Source: Verrucomicrobiota bacterium (GTDB lineage: Bacteria; Verrucomicrobiota; Verrucomicrobiia; Limisphaerales; Palsa-1400). Taken from it: a stretch of DNA of 64,000 nt. The stretch's first letter is position 1; each line of letters opens with the position of its first letter. Location: NCBI GenBank assembly GCA_049510745.1, contig JBEKYR010000003.1:32001-96000 (forward strand). Direction: 5' to 3'. This document shows, piece after piece, positions 37,992 through 47,829 of this stretch. A program made the position numbers and the translations under genes. The notes beneath the pieces are model-generated. The model did not search any database. It was not told where the DNA came from and saw nothing but the letters and a program-made list of their open reading frames with translations.

Positions 37992-39842
37992 ATGATGAGC
38001 GAGGACGCCGAATTATTGCGCCGCTACGCCACGGAACGTTCGGAGAGCGCCTTTGCCGAATTGATCCGCCGGCACGTCGATTTGGTTTATTCCGCCGCGC
38101 TGCGGCTGGTCAACGGCGACACGCATTGCGCGCAGGACTTGAGCCAGCAGGTCTTTACTGAACTGGCCCGGCGGGCCAAACCTCTGGCCCGGCATCCCGC
38201 CCTGGTCGGCTGGCTTTACACCACGACCCGGCAGATGGCCTGGCACGCGATCCGCTCGGAACAACGCCGCGCCGCCCGCGAACAAATGGCCCACACCATG
38301 AGCGAACTCCTCCGCCCACCCGCCGCCGAACCGGATTGGGAACATCTCCGCCCCGTGCTCGAAGACGCGATGCACGATCTCAATGACGCCGACCGCGTCG
38401 CCGTTCTGCTCCGCTTTTTCAAAAACAAAAGCCTCCGCCAAGTGGGGCTGGAATTGGGCTTGACCGAAAACGCCGCCCGCATGCGCGTCGAGCGCGCGCT
38501 CGAAAAACTGCGCCTTTGCCTGGCTCGCAAGGGCGTCACTTCGACCGGCGCGGCCTTGGCGCTGGCGTTGTCCGGCAACGCGGTCAGCTCCGCCCCGGCC
38601 GGGTTGGCGGCGGCGTTGGCGGGCGCGTCGCTGGCCGGCGCGGCGTCCGAAGCTGGAACCACCCTCGGCCTGTTGAAATTTATGGTTGCGACCAAACTCA
38701 AAATCGGACTGTCCGCCCTGGCCATCGCGGGGGCGGCGGTGACGCTGGTGCTCGAACATCAAGCGTGGCTCAACGCGCGCGAGGAAAACGATTCCCTGCG
38801 CCGCCAAATCGCGCAATTGAAGGCGGACAACGACGCCCTGTCCACCCGCATGGCGCGGGCGAGCCGGGCGCGCTCTCCCCACTTGCCCGCGCCGTCCCTG
38901 AGCGCCAACGCATCCGGCGGGGCGTTGCCGGGCGCGGATTCGCCCTCCACCAATCTGTACGCCCGCCTCGTCGAGAACCCGCCCAAAATCACCGCCGCGC
39001 AGCTCGAGGGTTATCTCAAAACAAATCACCGCAACGCCGCCAGTCTTCTGGCCGCCTATCGCGTCACGCACGACCCCGCGTTGCTGGCGGAGGCGATGCA
39101 AAAGTATCCCAACGATCCGCAGGTGGATTTCGAAGCGGCGTTCAAGAGCGACGCCACGCCCGAGGAGCGGCGCCAGTGGTTGAGCGCCTTCGAGAAGTCC
39201 GCGCCGGACAATTCCCTGGCCAATTACCTCTCGGCCCTGGATTATTTCAAATCCGGCCAGTCGGACCTGGCCGTCCAGGAGATGGTCGCCGCCTCGGGCA
39301 AGGCAGGATTTCAGGAGTACTCGACGGACCGCGTGATGGACGACAAAGAAGCCTACCTTGCCGCCGGTTACTCGGTGGGGGAGGCGACAGTGCTGTCCTG
39401 CTCCCAATTGGAGCTGCCGCAGCTTAAGCAAGTGAGACAATTAGGATTGGACCTCATTGATCTGTCCAAATCCTACCAGCAAGCCAGCGACAGCGCCTCC
39501 GCGCAGACCACGCTGCAAATGGCCGTCGCCCTGGGCCAGCGTTACACGACGACGGCGCCAGGCGAGGCGGAGATCAGTCAACTTGTTGGCATGGCGGTCG
39601 AGCGGTTCGCGCTCGGCGCGATGGACCCCACCGCCCCTTACGGTGACAGCGGGCAAACCGTCCAGGATCAGCTCAATCAATTGATCCAGGAACGCGCCAC
39701 GCTCAAAGAACTCAATCAACAGGCCGATCCGCTGATGCAATCCTTGTCGGACCAGGATTGGATCAGCTACAAAGACCGCTGGATGGCCTTCGGGGAGGTG
39801 GCCGCGTTGCGGTGGCTGATTGGCAAGTACGGGCAGCAATGA
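37992..39842 (+). CDS. ECF RNA polymerase sigma factor with long C-terminal extension
   Basis: DAELLRRYA..SESAFAELIRRHVDLVYSAALR, AQDLSQQVF, region 4 (LGLTENAARMRVERALEKLR), Ala-rich linker, TM segment, ~350-aa tail. Confidence 0.88.
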   Translation: MMSEDAELLRRYATERSESAFAELIRRHVDLVYSAALRLVNGDTHCAQDLSQQVFTELARRAKPLARHPALVGWLYTTTRQMAWHAIRSEQRRAAREQMAHTMSELLRPPAAEPDWEHLRPVLEDAMHDLNDADRVAVLLRFFKNKSLRQVGLELGLTENAARMRVERALEKLRLCLARKGVTSTGAALALALSGNAVSSAPAGLAAALAGASLAGAASEAGTTLGLLKFMVATKLKIGLSALAIAGAAVTLVLEHQAWLNAREENDSLRRQIAQLKADNDALSTRMARASRARSPHLPAPSLSANASGGALPGADSPSTNLYARLVENPPKITAAQLEGYLKTNHRNAASLLAAYRVTHDPALLAEAMQKYPNDPQVDFEAAFKSDATPEERRQWLSAFEKSAPDNSLANYLSALDYFKSGQSDLAVQEMVAASGKAGFQEYSTDRVMDDKEAYLAAGYSVGEATVLSCSQLELPQLKQVRQLGLDLIDLSKSYQQASDSASAQTTLQMAVALGQRYTTTAPGEAEISQLVGMAVERFALGAMDPTAPYGDSGQTVQDQLNQLIQERATLKELNQQADPLMQSLSDQDWISYKDRWMAFGEVAALRWLIGKYGQQ

Positions 39843-39911
39843 GGGGCGCCTCCCGGTTTTTGGCAACCCTGTGGACAATGAGAGATCATGGCTGGCCGCA
39901 GGCATGCGCAA

Positions 39912-40002
39912 AAGAATGACGAATGACGAAGCACCAATGACGAAACTCATGCGGGCCGACTTTTCGTCATTGAGTCATTTGAGCATTCGTCATTTTCCCC
40001 GG
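39912..40002. repeat. AATGACG-heptamer palindromic repeat (copy 2)
   Basis: TTTCGTCATTGAGTCATTTGAGCATTC and CATTCGTCATTTTCCCCGG are reverse complements of segments in 26679-26745. Confidence 0.85.
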
Positions 40003-40121
40003 TCAATTGAGGCTGGCGCTCTCGCGCATTGACGAGTGCCCAAATAGTGAGATGCGCACCACCGTATTAGGTCGCGCGGGATGGCCTTGACGGAGACTGT
40101 CGGTTGCGCCAAACTCAAAGC

Positions 40122-40343
40122 GTGAGTGTGCAAGAAATAAAGAAGAAGGTCAGCGGCGGCGGGTTCCGGCCCTTTGCGATTCGCACGACGGACGGCCAGG
40201 AGTTCGAGGTCCCGCATCCCGAATTTATCCTCATCGGGAAGTACAGCATTGCGATCCGTGACAAGCAGGGTTTCATCAACAACATTGATCCACTCCACAT
40301 CGTTTCAGCCAGGGAACTCATTCGTCGCAACAGCGCCTCTTGA
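40122..40343 (+). CDS. small conserved hypothetical protein
   Basis: MSVQEIKKKVSGGGFRPFAIRTTDGQEFEVPHPEFI...IDPLHI; GTG start 6 nt after TTGACG-17-CAAACT. Confidence 0.7.
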   Translation: MSVQEIKKKVSGGGFRPFAIRTTDGQEFEVPHPEFILIGKYSIAIRDKQGFINNIDPLHIVSARELIRRNSAS

Positions 40344-40371
40344 TAATCCGGCGCTGTTCTTCAATCTGTTC

Positions 40372-42918
40372 TTACCCTTCCTTCCTTCCCTTCCACTCCT
40401 CAAGTTGGGCGCGGACTTTGTCGGCACCAGGGATCTTGAGAACCTCGTAGATGTTCAATGCGGCTTCGGCGCGGGAAATGGCCTGAACGCGCTCGCCCAC
40501 TTTGTCCAAAGCCAGCGCGGAGTTGAAAAGATTAGCAGCCTCGCCACGTCGGTTGCCAATCTCGCGGTCTATCACCAGAGCCTCGTCAAAATGCTCGATG
40601 GCCTTGCGGATTTCACCCAACTCGGCATAAGCAATGCCGATATTGCAAAGGGCGATGCCTTCGCCGCGTCGGTCGCCGATTTCATAAGTGATGAGCAGTT
40701 GTTGCTCAAAAAACTCAATTGCGTTGAGGCCTTCGTCCAGCTTGGTATAGGCAATGCCAAGACAGCCGAGTATGTTGCCTTCGGCCTGCCGGTCGCCGAT
40801 TTCACGAGTGATAATCCGTGCCCGCTGGTAAAATTCGATAGCCTTGCGCACATCCCCCAATTTAGCGTAGGCGTTGCCAAGATTGCCGAGGGCGTTGCCC
40901 TCGCCACGCCGGTCGCCGATTTCACGAGTGATAACCAACGATTGCTCGAAAAGCTCGACAGCCTTCTGCCGCTCGTCCAAGTTGGAGTAGGAGAGGCCAA
41001 GATTGCCGAGGGCGTTGCCTTCTCCGCGCCGGTCACCAAGCACTCGATGGATCCCCTGCGCCTGCTGGTAAAATTCAATAGCCTTGCGCACATCGCCCAA
41101 TTTAGCGTAGGCGTTGCCAAGATTGCCGAGGGCGTTGGCCTCTGCCGCTCGATTTTTAGTGATCTTGGCAGCTTCACGCTGGCCCTCGCACCAACGGATG
41201 CTTTGGCCGGGATGGAAACGCAAGAGCAGCCCAGTATAAACGACCGAGTTCACGAGCCTTACGAGCATGGCGGCTGAGGATGCGTCGCGCCGATTCGCTA
41301 GCCACTCGTATGCGGCTTCTATGTGATTGCGTTCACGATCGAAAACTTCCAGGGCCCGGAGCAAGTTATTGCCGCCTTTAAGATAGAGTTCCTGGGCTTC
41401 CCTTCCGACCTCGGTGTAATGTTTAGCGTAACGAATCATGGCAGCGTCCCGTTCTGCTTCGCTCAATTTTCCATCGCAAAACTGTCGCACCAAGTCATGC
41501 AGTCGAAGCCGAACTTTCGTGTCATCAATTTCCACCAGACTCCCCTTCAAGAGCGCCTCCATGACGTCACGCGTCAATTCGGTTTTCGTTTCCCAAATCG
41601 CGGCGGCTGCCGGAAGATTAAAACCGGTCGGAAAAATGGCCAGCAAAGTCCAGCAGCGGCGCAAAGGTTCCTTCAGCAGGTCGTAACTGAGTTGAAAGGC
41701 GGCCTCCACTTTGCCGAGCTTCATTTCGTGTTTGCGGAGCCGGGCCACCAATTCTTCCACCGAATGCAGAGCTTTCTCACTGACCACGCCGGCGAAGACT
41801 TCCAGGGCCAGCGGCAGATGGCCGCAGAGGTCGGCGGCGACGGCTTCGTGGCCTGCCAAGCGCGGCGCGAGCTTGAGCAGCAGTTCCCGCGACTCTTCGG
41901 GCGGCAGGCAATCAATGTTTCGCGTCGCCAGTCCGGGCAGCGAGAATTGGTTGCGGGAGGTGACCAGGAACAGGCAATTCGGCGGCGGCAAGAGCGGCTG
42001 GATTTGTTCGGCATTGGCGGCATTGTCCAGAAAGAGCAGCACACGCCCGGCCTCGTTGAGCACGGAGATGTAGATGGATGTCAAATCTTCCGCCGTTTCC
42101 GGCAATTTGGCTTCCGGTTGAAAGAAGTGAATGATGTTCTGCATGGCTTCAGCCGGCGGCATCGGTTTGTGGCCCGTTGGATCAAAGCCGCGCAAATTCA
42201 GGCAAATCTGGGCATCCGGGTATTGCGTCTTGAGCCGGTGGGCCAGCACTGTGGCCAGCGCCGTTTTGCCCACCCCGCCCATCCCCTGAATCCCCGCCCC
42301 CGACGCCGAGATCGCTGCGCCGATGTTGCCCTGCGCCGCCAGCGCCTTTTCCAGGTACTTCAACTCCTCTTCGCGCCCGGTGAACGCCGCCGGCGCCGCC
42401 GGCAATTGATGCAGCGCAGACAAAGACCGCTGGTCTGTTTCGGGTTTGAGGCGCAGTTTTACGTCCGCAAGCGCCTGGACAATCTTGGCTCTGAGATCAT
42501 CGGGCGACTTGAACTTCTGATGTACCCGTCCTTTGCTCGCACGGGCCTTGAATTTCTTCAGTTTTCGCTGCGCTGCTTTGCCGACCTCAACGTCGCCTCC
42601 CTTCACCGGGTGATCGTCGTCCATGATGAAGACAAGGATCGTCTTTCCTCCCTCAACGGCCCGATTGAACTCCATTTCGGTTATCGAAATATCGCTGCCG
42701 TCCGGCACCCAGCCATATCGCCAGGCATAAATGCCGATGTATATATCCGCCTCATCGACCATTTCCAGCGAAGCGGCAACGCCCGACGCATCCCGCGCCG
42801 GAAGATGCTCCATGCCAATCGGGTGGAGGCCTGTGCTCAAGCAGGCTTCGATGGCCTGCTTTCGGTGCTCAGGCAGATCGACCGCCGTGCTGCTGATCAT
42901 GGCCTTTAAGATGCTCAT
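40372..42918 (-). CDS. DUF4062 - NB-ARC (STAND ATPase) - TPR protein, NLR-like
   Basis: N-terminal ISSTAVDLPEHR...YIGIYAWRYG..SITEMEF (DUF4062); FTGREEEL; Walker A GMGGVGKT; Walker B LLFLDNA; VTSR; HLPLAL; LHDLVR; TPR repeats (GDRRGEGNALGNLGNAY). Confidence 0.88.
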   Translation of the reverse strand: MSILKAMISSTAVDLPEHRKQAIEACLSTGLHPIGMEHLPARDASGVAASLEMVDEADIYIGIYAWRYGWVPDGSDISITEMEFNRAVEGGKTILVFIMDDDHPVKGGDVEVGKAAQRKLKKFKARASKGRVHQKFKSPDDLRAKIVQALADVKLRLKPETDQRSLSALHQLPAAPAAFTGREEELKYLEKALAAQGNIGAAISASGAGIQGMGGVGKTALATVLAHRLKTQYPDAQICLNLRGFDPTGHKPMPPAEAMQNIIHFFQPEAKLPETAEDLTSIYISVLNEAGRVLLFLDNAANAEQIQPLLPPPNCLFLVTSRNQFSLPGLATRNIDCLPPEESRELLLKLAPRLAGHEAVAADLCGHLPLALEVFAGVVSEKALHSVEELVARLRKHEMKLGKVEAAFQLSYDLLKEPLRRCWTLLAIFPTGFNLPAAAAIWETKTELTRDVMEALLKGSLVEIDDTKVRLRLHDLVRQFCDGKLSEAERDAAMIRYAKHYTEVGREAQELYLKGGNNLLRALEVFDRERNHIEAAYEWLANRRDASSAAMLVRLVNSVVYTGLLLRFHPGQSIRWCEGQREAAKITKNRAAEANALGNLGNAYAKLGDVRKAIEFYQQAQGIHRVLGDRRGEGNALGNLGLSYSNLDERQKAVELFEQSLVITREIGDRRGEGNALGNLGNAYAKLGDVRKAIEFYQRARIITREIGDRQAEGNILGCLGIAYTKLDEGLNAIEFFEQQLLITYEIGDRRGEGIALCNIGIAYAELGEIRKAIEHFDEALVIDREIGNRRGEAANLFNSALALDKVGERVQAISRAEAALNIYEVLKIPGADKVRAQLEEWKGRKEG

Positions 42919-43054
42919 CGCTCACCCAAAACGAGCCTACACAGGAAAATCCTGTTTGACAAGCGCAGCCTGACAGTATCGGCAATTTCGGGCGCATTTC
43001 AGGCATGGGGTTCAGTGCGCTTGCGTAATTTTTGAAAGGGAGGATAATGCGGGC

Positions 43055-43264
43055 ATGAAGAATTATACGGCCGTTGTCGAACGCGACCAGGACACCGGGC
43101 TGCTTGTGGGCTACGTGCCAGGGTTTCCCGGCGCGCATTCGCAGGCAGAGTCGCTCGACGAACTCCAGGCCAACCTTCGCGAAGTGATCGCCATGCTGTT
43201 GGAGGACGGCGAACCGCGGCTGGAAGCAGAATTCGTCGGCACCCAAAGCATTGCCGTGGCCTGA
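43055..43264 (+). CDS. hicB: HicB-family antitoxin
   Basis: YTAVVERD..TGLLVGYVPGFPGAHSQAESLDELQANLREVI. Confidence 0.88.
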   Translation: MKNYTAVVERDQDTGLLVGYVPGFPGAHSQAESLDELQANLREVIAMLLEDGEPRLEAEFVGTQSIAVA

Positions 43265-43266
43265 GT

Positions 43267-43491
43267 ATGGGTTCCGTGCCGGTCCTCAAGCCCGCCGAGG
43301 TCTGCCGCTTGCTCGAAAGGCTGGGTTTCAACGCCGTGCGTCAGCGCGGTTCGCACATCCAATACCGCCATGCCGACGGACGCGGCACCACCGTTCCGAT
43401 GCACAAAGGGCGCGACATTGCACCGTCGCTGCTGCGGCAGATTGCCCGGGACATCGGGCTGAGAGTCGAAGAGCTTCTCCAAAACCGTTGA
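43267..43491 (+). CDS. hicA: HicA-family toxin
   Basis: LERLGF..VRQRGSHIQYRHADGRGTTVPMH..RDI...LLRQI. Confidence 0.9.
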   Translation: MGSVPVLKPAEVCRLLERLGFNAVRQRGSHIQYRHADGRGTTVPMHKGRDIAPSLLRQIARDIGLRVEELLQNR

Positions 43492-43531
43492 CCGCCCCAG
43501 GGCAGCGCCGACAATGAAGGAGGCGCGCGGT

Positions 43532-44401
43532 TTACTGCCTGTCCTTGCCGTAGCCTTTGGCGGGCGTGCCGTCGTCGTTCAGATGGCCGGTGGCCCAGAG
43601 GACGCCGCGGGTGACCAGGTCCAGGTAGCGCGGGTCGGACACCGTTTCGTTGTTGTGGCCGATGGTCGTGCTGAAGACGCGGGTTTTATTCGGGCCATAT
43701 TCGTTGCTCCAGACGACGACGAAATCATTGGTCTTGACGCTGCCATCCTTTTGTCTGAGCGCTTGCCGGCCCCGGGCCAGAGCGTGGGCGGTGTCGAACA
43801 CGTGGACGTTGTTGTAATGTTCTTCTTTGATGGTGGTCCAATCGGCGAGTCCTTTCACGATGGGACTTTCCTTGTCGGCAAAGGTGATGGCGATCGGTTC
43901 CTGCGGGCCGTGGCCGCTGGATTGCAGCCCGAGATATTCAAACCAAAGCCCGTGCGGCGTGCCGGGCGTGACGGGGTCGTTTGGATTGCCAATCCGATAC
44001 GAGTGCATGGCGCAATGCAGGTTCACCCCCGGCAGGCCGTCGCGATGCGGCTGGAGCACGGCTTGGACCACGGCGGGATCGGAGATGTCCGCCGCGCATT
44101 CGTCGTGGATGACCAGGTCGTAGCCCTTGGCGTAATCGGCGCGGCCAAAAATGGCCAGCGGCGGGTGGGTGCTGTTGTCCGGGCTATTCATCTGATCGAC
44201 CACCAGGTTGGCGCGCGCCTCGAGGCCCTTTTTGAGGATGTCCTTTTGCGCCGCGTAATCGTGGCAGCAGCCGCCGGAAATGAGCAACACGCGCAGCGGT
44301 TTGGGAGCGTCGGCGGCGCGCCCGGCCGGAGCGCCGGCCAGAGTCATCAGCGCGAGCAAAGAGGCAGCGAGAGCGGTGCGGAACGGGAATTCATTAGTCA
44401 T
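43532..44401 (-). CDS. secreted ThuA-like domain protein
   Basis: Signal peptide; LRVLLISGGCCHDY, VNLHCAMHSYR, RVFSTTIGHNN. Confidence 0.8.
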   Translation of the reverse strand: MTNEFPFRTALAASLLALMTLAGAPAGRAADAPKPLRVLLISGGCCHDYAAQKDILKKGLEARANLVVDQMNSPDNSTHPPLAIFGRADYAKGYDLVIHDECAADISDPAVVQAVLQPHRDGLPGVNLHCAMHSYRIGNPNDPVTPGTPHGLWFEYLGLQSSGHGPQEPIAITFADKESPIVKGLADWTTIKEEHYNNVHVFDTAHALARGRQALRQKDGSVKTNDFVVVWSNEYGPNKTRVFSTTIGHNNETVSDPRYLDLVTRGVLWATGHLNDDGTPAKGYGKDRQ

Positions 44402-44440
44402 GCGGAGGTTGTAATGCTTTCGGTCGCAGCAGGCAAGCTG

Positions 44441-44902
44441 TCAGCGGCCGGCGCTACGCAAGGCGCTCTTGAAAGCGACCAGTGTTTCGGGACTCACATG
44501 GTGCTCGATCCCCTCGGCGTCCATCTCCGCCACGCCTTCGGAAATGCCCAGAGAACGAAGGAAAGCCACCACGGTTTCGTGCCGGCTTTTGCAGGTCGCC
44601 GCCAGACCGCGTCCCCGGTCCGTCAAAAAAATGGCGCGGTAAGGCTGGGAGGTGACAAAGCCGGCCTTTTGCAGGCGGACGATGGTGCGGTTGACGGTGA
44701 CATGGGTGACCCCCAGCCGCTTGGCCAGGTCCACGACGCGCGCTTCGCCCGTTTCGGCCACCAGATCGGCGATGGCCTCGACGTAATCTTCGGCGATCTC
44801 ATTGGCGTGTTCGCGGCGGGTTTGGGACAGGTATTCGGCCTGGCGTTTGGGGCTGCCGCCCGCGCGCGGTTTGTCGGACAGTTGTCTTTTTGCCGATGCC
44901 AT
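44441..44902 (-). CDS. mntR: manganese-binding transcriptional regulator (DtxR/MntR)
   Basis: AEDYVEAIADL...GEARVVDLAKRLGVTHVTV, PYRAIFLT, RHETVVAFL, DAEGIEHHVS. Confidence 0.92.
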   Translation of the reverse strand: MASAKRQLSDKPRAGGSPKRQAEYLSQTRREHANEIAEDYVEAIADLVAETGEARVVDLAKRLGVTHVTVNRTIVRLQKAGFVTSQPYRAIFLTDRGRGLAATCKSRHETVVAFLRSLGISEGVAEMDAEGIEHHVSPETLVAFKSALRSAGR

Positions 44903-44934
44903 TTGCTTTCCCCGCGAGCAAAACACAAACGGGC

Positions 44935-44971
44935 TTGACAGTCCAGCAGATTGTTGTAGTGTTGGCTACAT
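44935..44971 (+). promoter_or_regulatory. sigma70 promoter with overlapping putative MntR operator
   Basis: TTGACA (44935-40), 16 nt, TAGTGT (44957-62). Dyad TGTAG-N6-CTACA (44955-44970) overlaps the -10. Confidence 0.6.
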
Positions 44972-44999
44972 TCTGACACTTAAACAACAGAATAGAGTT

Positions 45000-46361
45000 A
45001 TGGCTACATCCGCGTTTGCGGCCGGCCAGGGCTTGCGCTGGATTGTGACGATGCTGGCGACGGGCGGCCTCACGGCCAAAGCGCAAGACGCGTCCCGCGC
45101 GGTCACGACCAACGCCGCGGCCAAGGCCGCGGAGCAGAAATGGAATTGGCACGTTCAAAACACGGACATCGTGCAAGGCGATTTCGGTTTTCCCGCCAAG
45201 TATTCCGGCCCCAATAGCCTGGACAGCCGGGGCGAAGTTCGCGACACGGTGTCACTGGACCTTTTTGCCGGCGTCCGCTTGTGGCGCGGCGCGGAAGCGC
45301 ACGTGGATGGCTTGATGTGGCAGGGCTTCGGCCTGAGCAAAACCCTTGGGGTGGAAGGGTTTCCCAACGGCGAAGCATTCAAAGTCGGAACGAAGGTTCC
45401 CAATGTGAACACCGCGCGCTTGTTCATTCGCCAAACCATCGGGTTTGGCGGCGCACAGGATGATGTGGAAGACAATCAGTTGCAACTGGCGGGCAAACGG
45501 GACGTTTCGCGGCTCACGCTCACACTGGGAAAAATGAGCGCCAAGGATATTTTCGACAACAATGCCTACGCCAACGACCCGCGCACCCAGTTTATGAACT
45601 GGGCGCTGATGAGCGACGAAGCCTGGGATTTCCCGGCAGACGCTTTGGGATATATCACCGGCTTTGCGGCCGAACTTAACCAGCCAAAGTGGACGATTCG
45701 CTATGGTTTCTTCCAAGTGCCACGGGTCGCGAACGGTGTGGCGTTGGATCAGCAATTCTTGACGGCCTGGGGAATGGTCACGGAGTTTGAGCGGCGTTGG
45801 TCTGTGGAAAGCCATCCCGGCGCCGTCCGTCTGCTGGCTTACCTCAACCACGCCCACATGGGCAGTTACGAGGAGGCACTGGATAATCCGGCGCGTCCCG
45901 CCGACATCGAGGCCACACGCGCCTACCGCTACAAATACGGCTTCGGGTTGAACGTGGAACAGGAGTTGGTTAAGAACGTCGGTTTCTTTTCACGTTTGGG
46001 TTGGAGCGACGGACAAAACGAGGCGTGGATGCTCAGCGACGTGGATCGCACGGCGACGCTGGGCTTGAGCGTCAAGGGCGAATCGTGGCATCGGCCAAAT
46101 GACACGCTCGGCGTGGGGGGCGCGCTGAACGGCCTTTCCGGCGTTCACCAGCGGTTCCTGGCCGCCGGCGGCACGGGCATCCTCGCCGGTGACGGCGCGC
46201 TGAACTACGGCTGGGAAAAATGCCTGGAATTCTGCTACGACTTTCAAATCTGCAAAAATGTCCACACCACGTTGGATTACCAATTCATCACCGACCCGGC
46301 GTTCAACCGCGATCGCGGGCCGGTGTCGGTTTTCGGCGCAAGACTCCATTGGGAGTATTGA
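45000..46361 (+). CDS. OprB-family outer-membrane porin, MnoP-like (probable Mn2+ channel)
   Basis: YSGPNSL, GFPNGEAFK, ARLFIRQTI, FDNNAYANDPRTQFMNW, NRDRGPVSVFGARLHWEY (terminal aromatic). Lies between mntR and mntH. Confidence 0.8.
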   Translation: MATSAFAAGQGLRWIVTMLATGGLTAKAQDASRAVTTNAAAKAAEQKWNWHVQNTDIVQGDFGFPAKYSGPNSLDSRGEVRDTVSLDLFAGVRLWRGAEAHVDGLMWQGFGLSKTLGVEGFPNGEAFKVGTKVPNVNTARLFIRQTIGFGGAQDDVEDNQLQLAGKRDVSRLTLTLGKMSAKDIFDNNAYANDPRTQFMNWALMSDEAWDFPADALGYITGFAAELNQPKWTIRYGFFQVPRVANGVALDQQFLTAWGMVTEFERRWSVESHPGAVRLLAYLNHAHMGSYEEALDNPARPADIEATRAYRYKYGFGLNVEQELVKNVGFFSRLGWSDGQNEAWMLSDVDRTATLGLSVKGESWHRPNDTLGVGGALNGLSGVHQRFLAAGGTGILAGDGALNYGWEKCLEFCYDFQICKNVHTTLDYQFITDPAFNRDRGPVSVFGARLHWEY

Positions 46362-46378
46362 CAAATGAACAAGACCGC

Positions 46379-47812
46379 ATGAGCGAAGACAACCACACAC
46401 CCGCAAACTCCCGCGAGCCGGCGGCGGACGGAGTCCCGGTGGTTTCGCACCCCGGCTCCGTTTCGCTCGAAGGGATGCACGGCAGCGTCTCCGTGCCTCC
46501 CCATCAAGCCGGTTTCTGGCGGCAATGGCGGGCCTTCGTCGGGCCGGCCATTCTCATCAGCGTCGGCTACATGGACCCGGGCAACTGGGGCACCGATCTG
46601 GCGGGCGGCGCGCAGTTCAAATACGGGCTGCTCTGGGTGGTCGGCGTGGCCAGTTTGATGGCCATCTTCCTGCAAGTCATCTCGGCCCGGCTGGGCGTGG
46701 CCACCGGCAAGGACCTGGCCCAGTGCTGCCGCGACTGGTATCCGCGTTGGACGCGCTGGCCGAACTGGCTGTCCATGGAAATTGCCATTGGGATGACCGA
46801 TCTGGCCGAATCGCTGGGCAGCGCGGTCGCCTTGAACCTGTTGTTTCACATCCCGATGTCGTGGGCGATCATCATCACGGCCTTCGACGTGCTGCTGTTG
46901 CTGGCCTTGCAAGGTTCTGGCATGAGGCTCATCGAGGCGGTAGTCGCGGTCTTCGTGCTGACCATCGGCGTCTGCTACGGCATCGAGATTTTTGGCTTGG
47001 CGCAGACCCGGCCGGATTTCCTGGAAATGGGGCGCGCCATGACGCGGCCGGACTTCGCGCGGGCCGGGATGCTCGTGGTGGCGATTGGCATCATCGGGGC
47101 GACCGTCATGCCCCACAACCTGTACCTCCACACGGCCTTGGTGCAGACCCGCCAGTTGCAGCAGGATGAGTCGTCCATTCGCCGCGCCATCCGGTTTAAC
47201 ACGATTGACACGACCGTGGCCCTGACCATCGCGTTTTTCGTCAACGCGGCCATCCTGGTGCTGGCGGCCATCGTGTTCTACGGGAAGACCAGCGTCACGG
47301 TGGCGGGCGGCCAGATCGTCCACTTCAGTCCGGACAGCGATTGGATTCGCATCGCCTATTACACCCTGGCGCCGCTGCTGGGGACGACGCTGGCGAGCAC
47401 CTTGTTCGCCGTGGCGCTTTTGGCCAGCGGGCAGAGCAGCACCATTACGGGCACGCTCGCCGGACAGGTGGTGATGGAAGGATTCATGCACTGGCGAATC
47501 CGCCCGTGGGTCCGGCGGCTCATCACCCGGACGCTGGCCGTCGTGCCGGCGATTCTGATCATCAGCGTCCGCGGCAATGGCAGCGTGACCGACCTGGTCA
47601 ACCTCAGCCAGGTGGTCCTGTGTCTGGAACTGCCCTTCGCGATGTTCCCGCTGTTGCAGTTCACCAGTTCGCGCCAGCGCATGGGCCGATGGCGCAACGG
47701 CTGGTTCCTGTTGATTACCGGCTGGGGGACTGCCATTCTCATCACGGCCATGGACCTCTACAGCCTGCCCGATGCGCTGCGGCAGGCGTGGGCGGTGATC
47801 GTGGGCCACTGA
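46379..47812 (+). CDS. mntH: Nramp-family Mn2+ transporter
   Basis: GYMDPGNW, GATVMPHNLYLH, SSTITGTLAGQVVMEGF. Confidence 0.95.
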   Translation: MSEDNHTPANSREPAADGVPVVSHPGSVSLEGMHGSVSVPPHQAGFWRQWRAFVGPAILISVGYMDPGNWGTDLAGGAQFKYGLLWVVGVASLMAIFLQVISARLGVATGKDLAQCCRDWYPRWTRWPNWLSMEIAIGMTDLAESLGSAVALNLLFHIPMSWAIIITAFDVLLLLALQGSGMRLIEAVVAVFVLTIGVCYGIEIFGLAQTRPDFLEMGRAMTRPDFARAGMLVVAIGIIGATVMPHNLYLHTALVQTRQLQQDESSIRRAIRFNTIDTTVALTIAFFVNAAILVLAAIVFYGKTSVTVAGGQIVHFSPDSDWIRIAYYTLAPLLGTTLASTLFAVALLASGQSSTITGTLAGQVVMEGFMHWRIRPWVRRLITRTLAVVPAILIISVRGNGSVTDLVNLSQVVLCLELPFAMFPLLQFTSSRQRMGRWRNGWFLLITGWGTAILITAMDLYSLPDALRQAWAVIVGH

Positions 47813-47829
47813 CGAACAAAAGGGCCGCC

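Noticed and set aside
44903..44999. yybP-ykoY Mn riboswitch
   Set aside because: The interval is short and lacks the motif; a DNA dyad explains regulation better.
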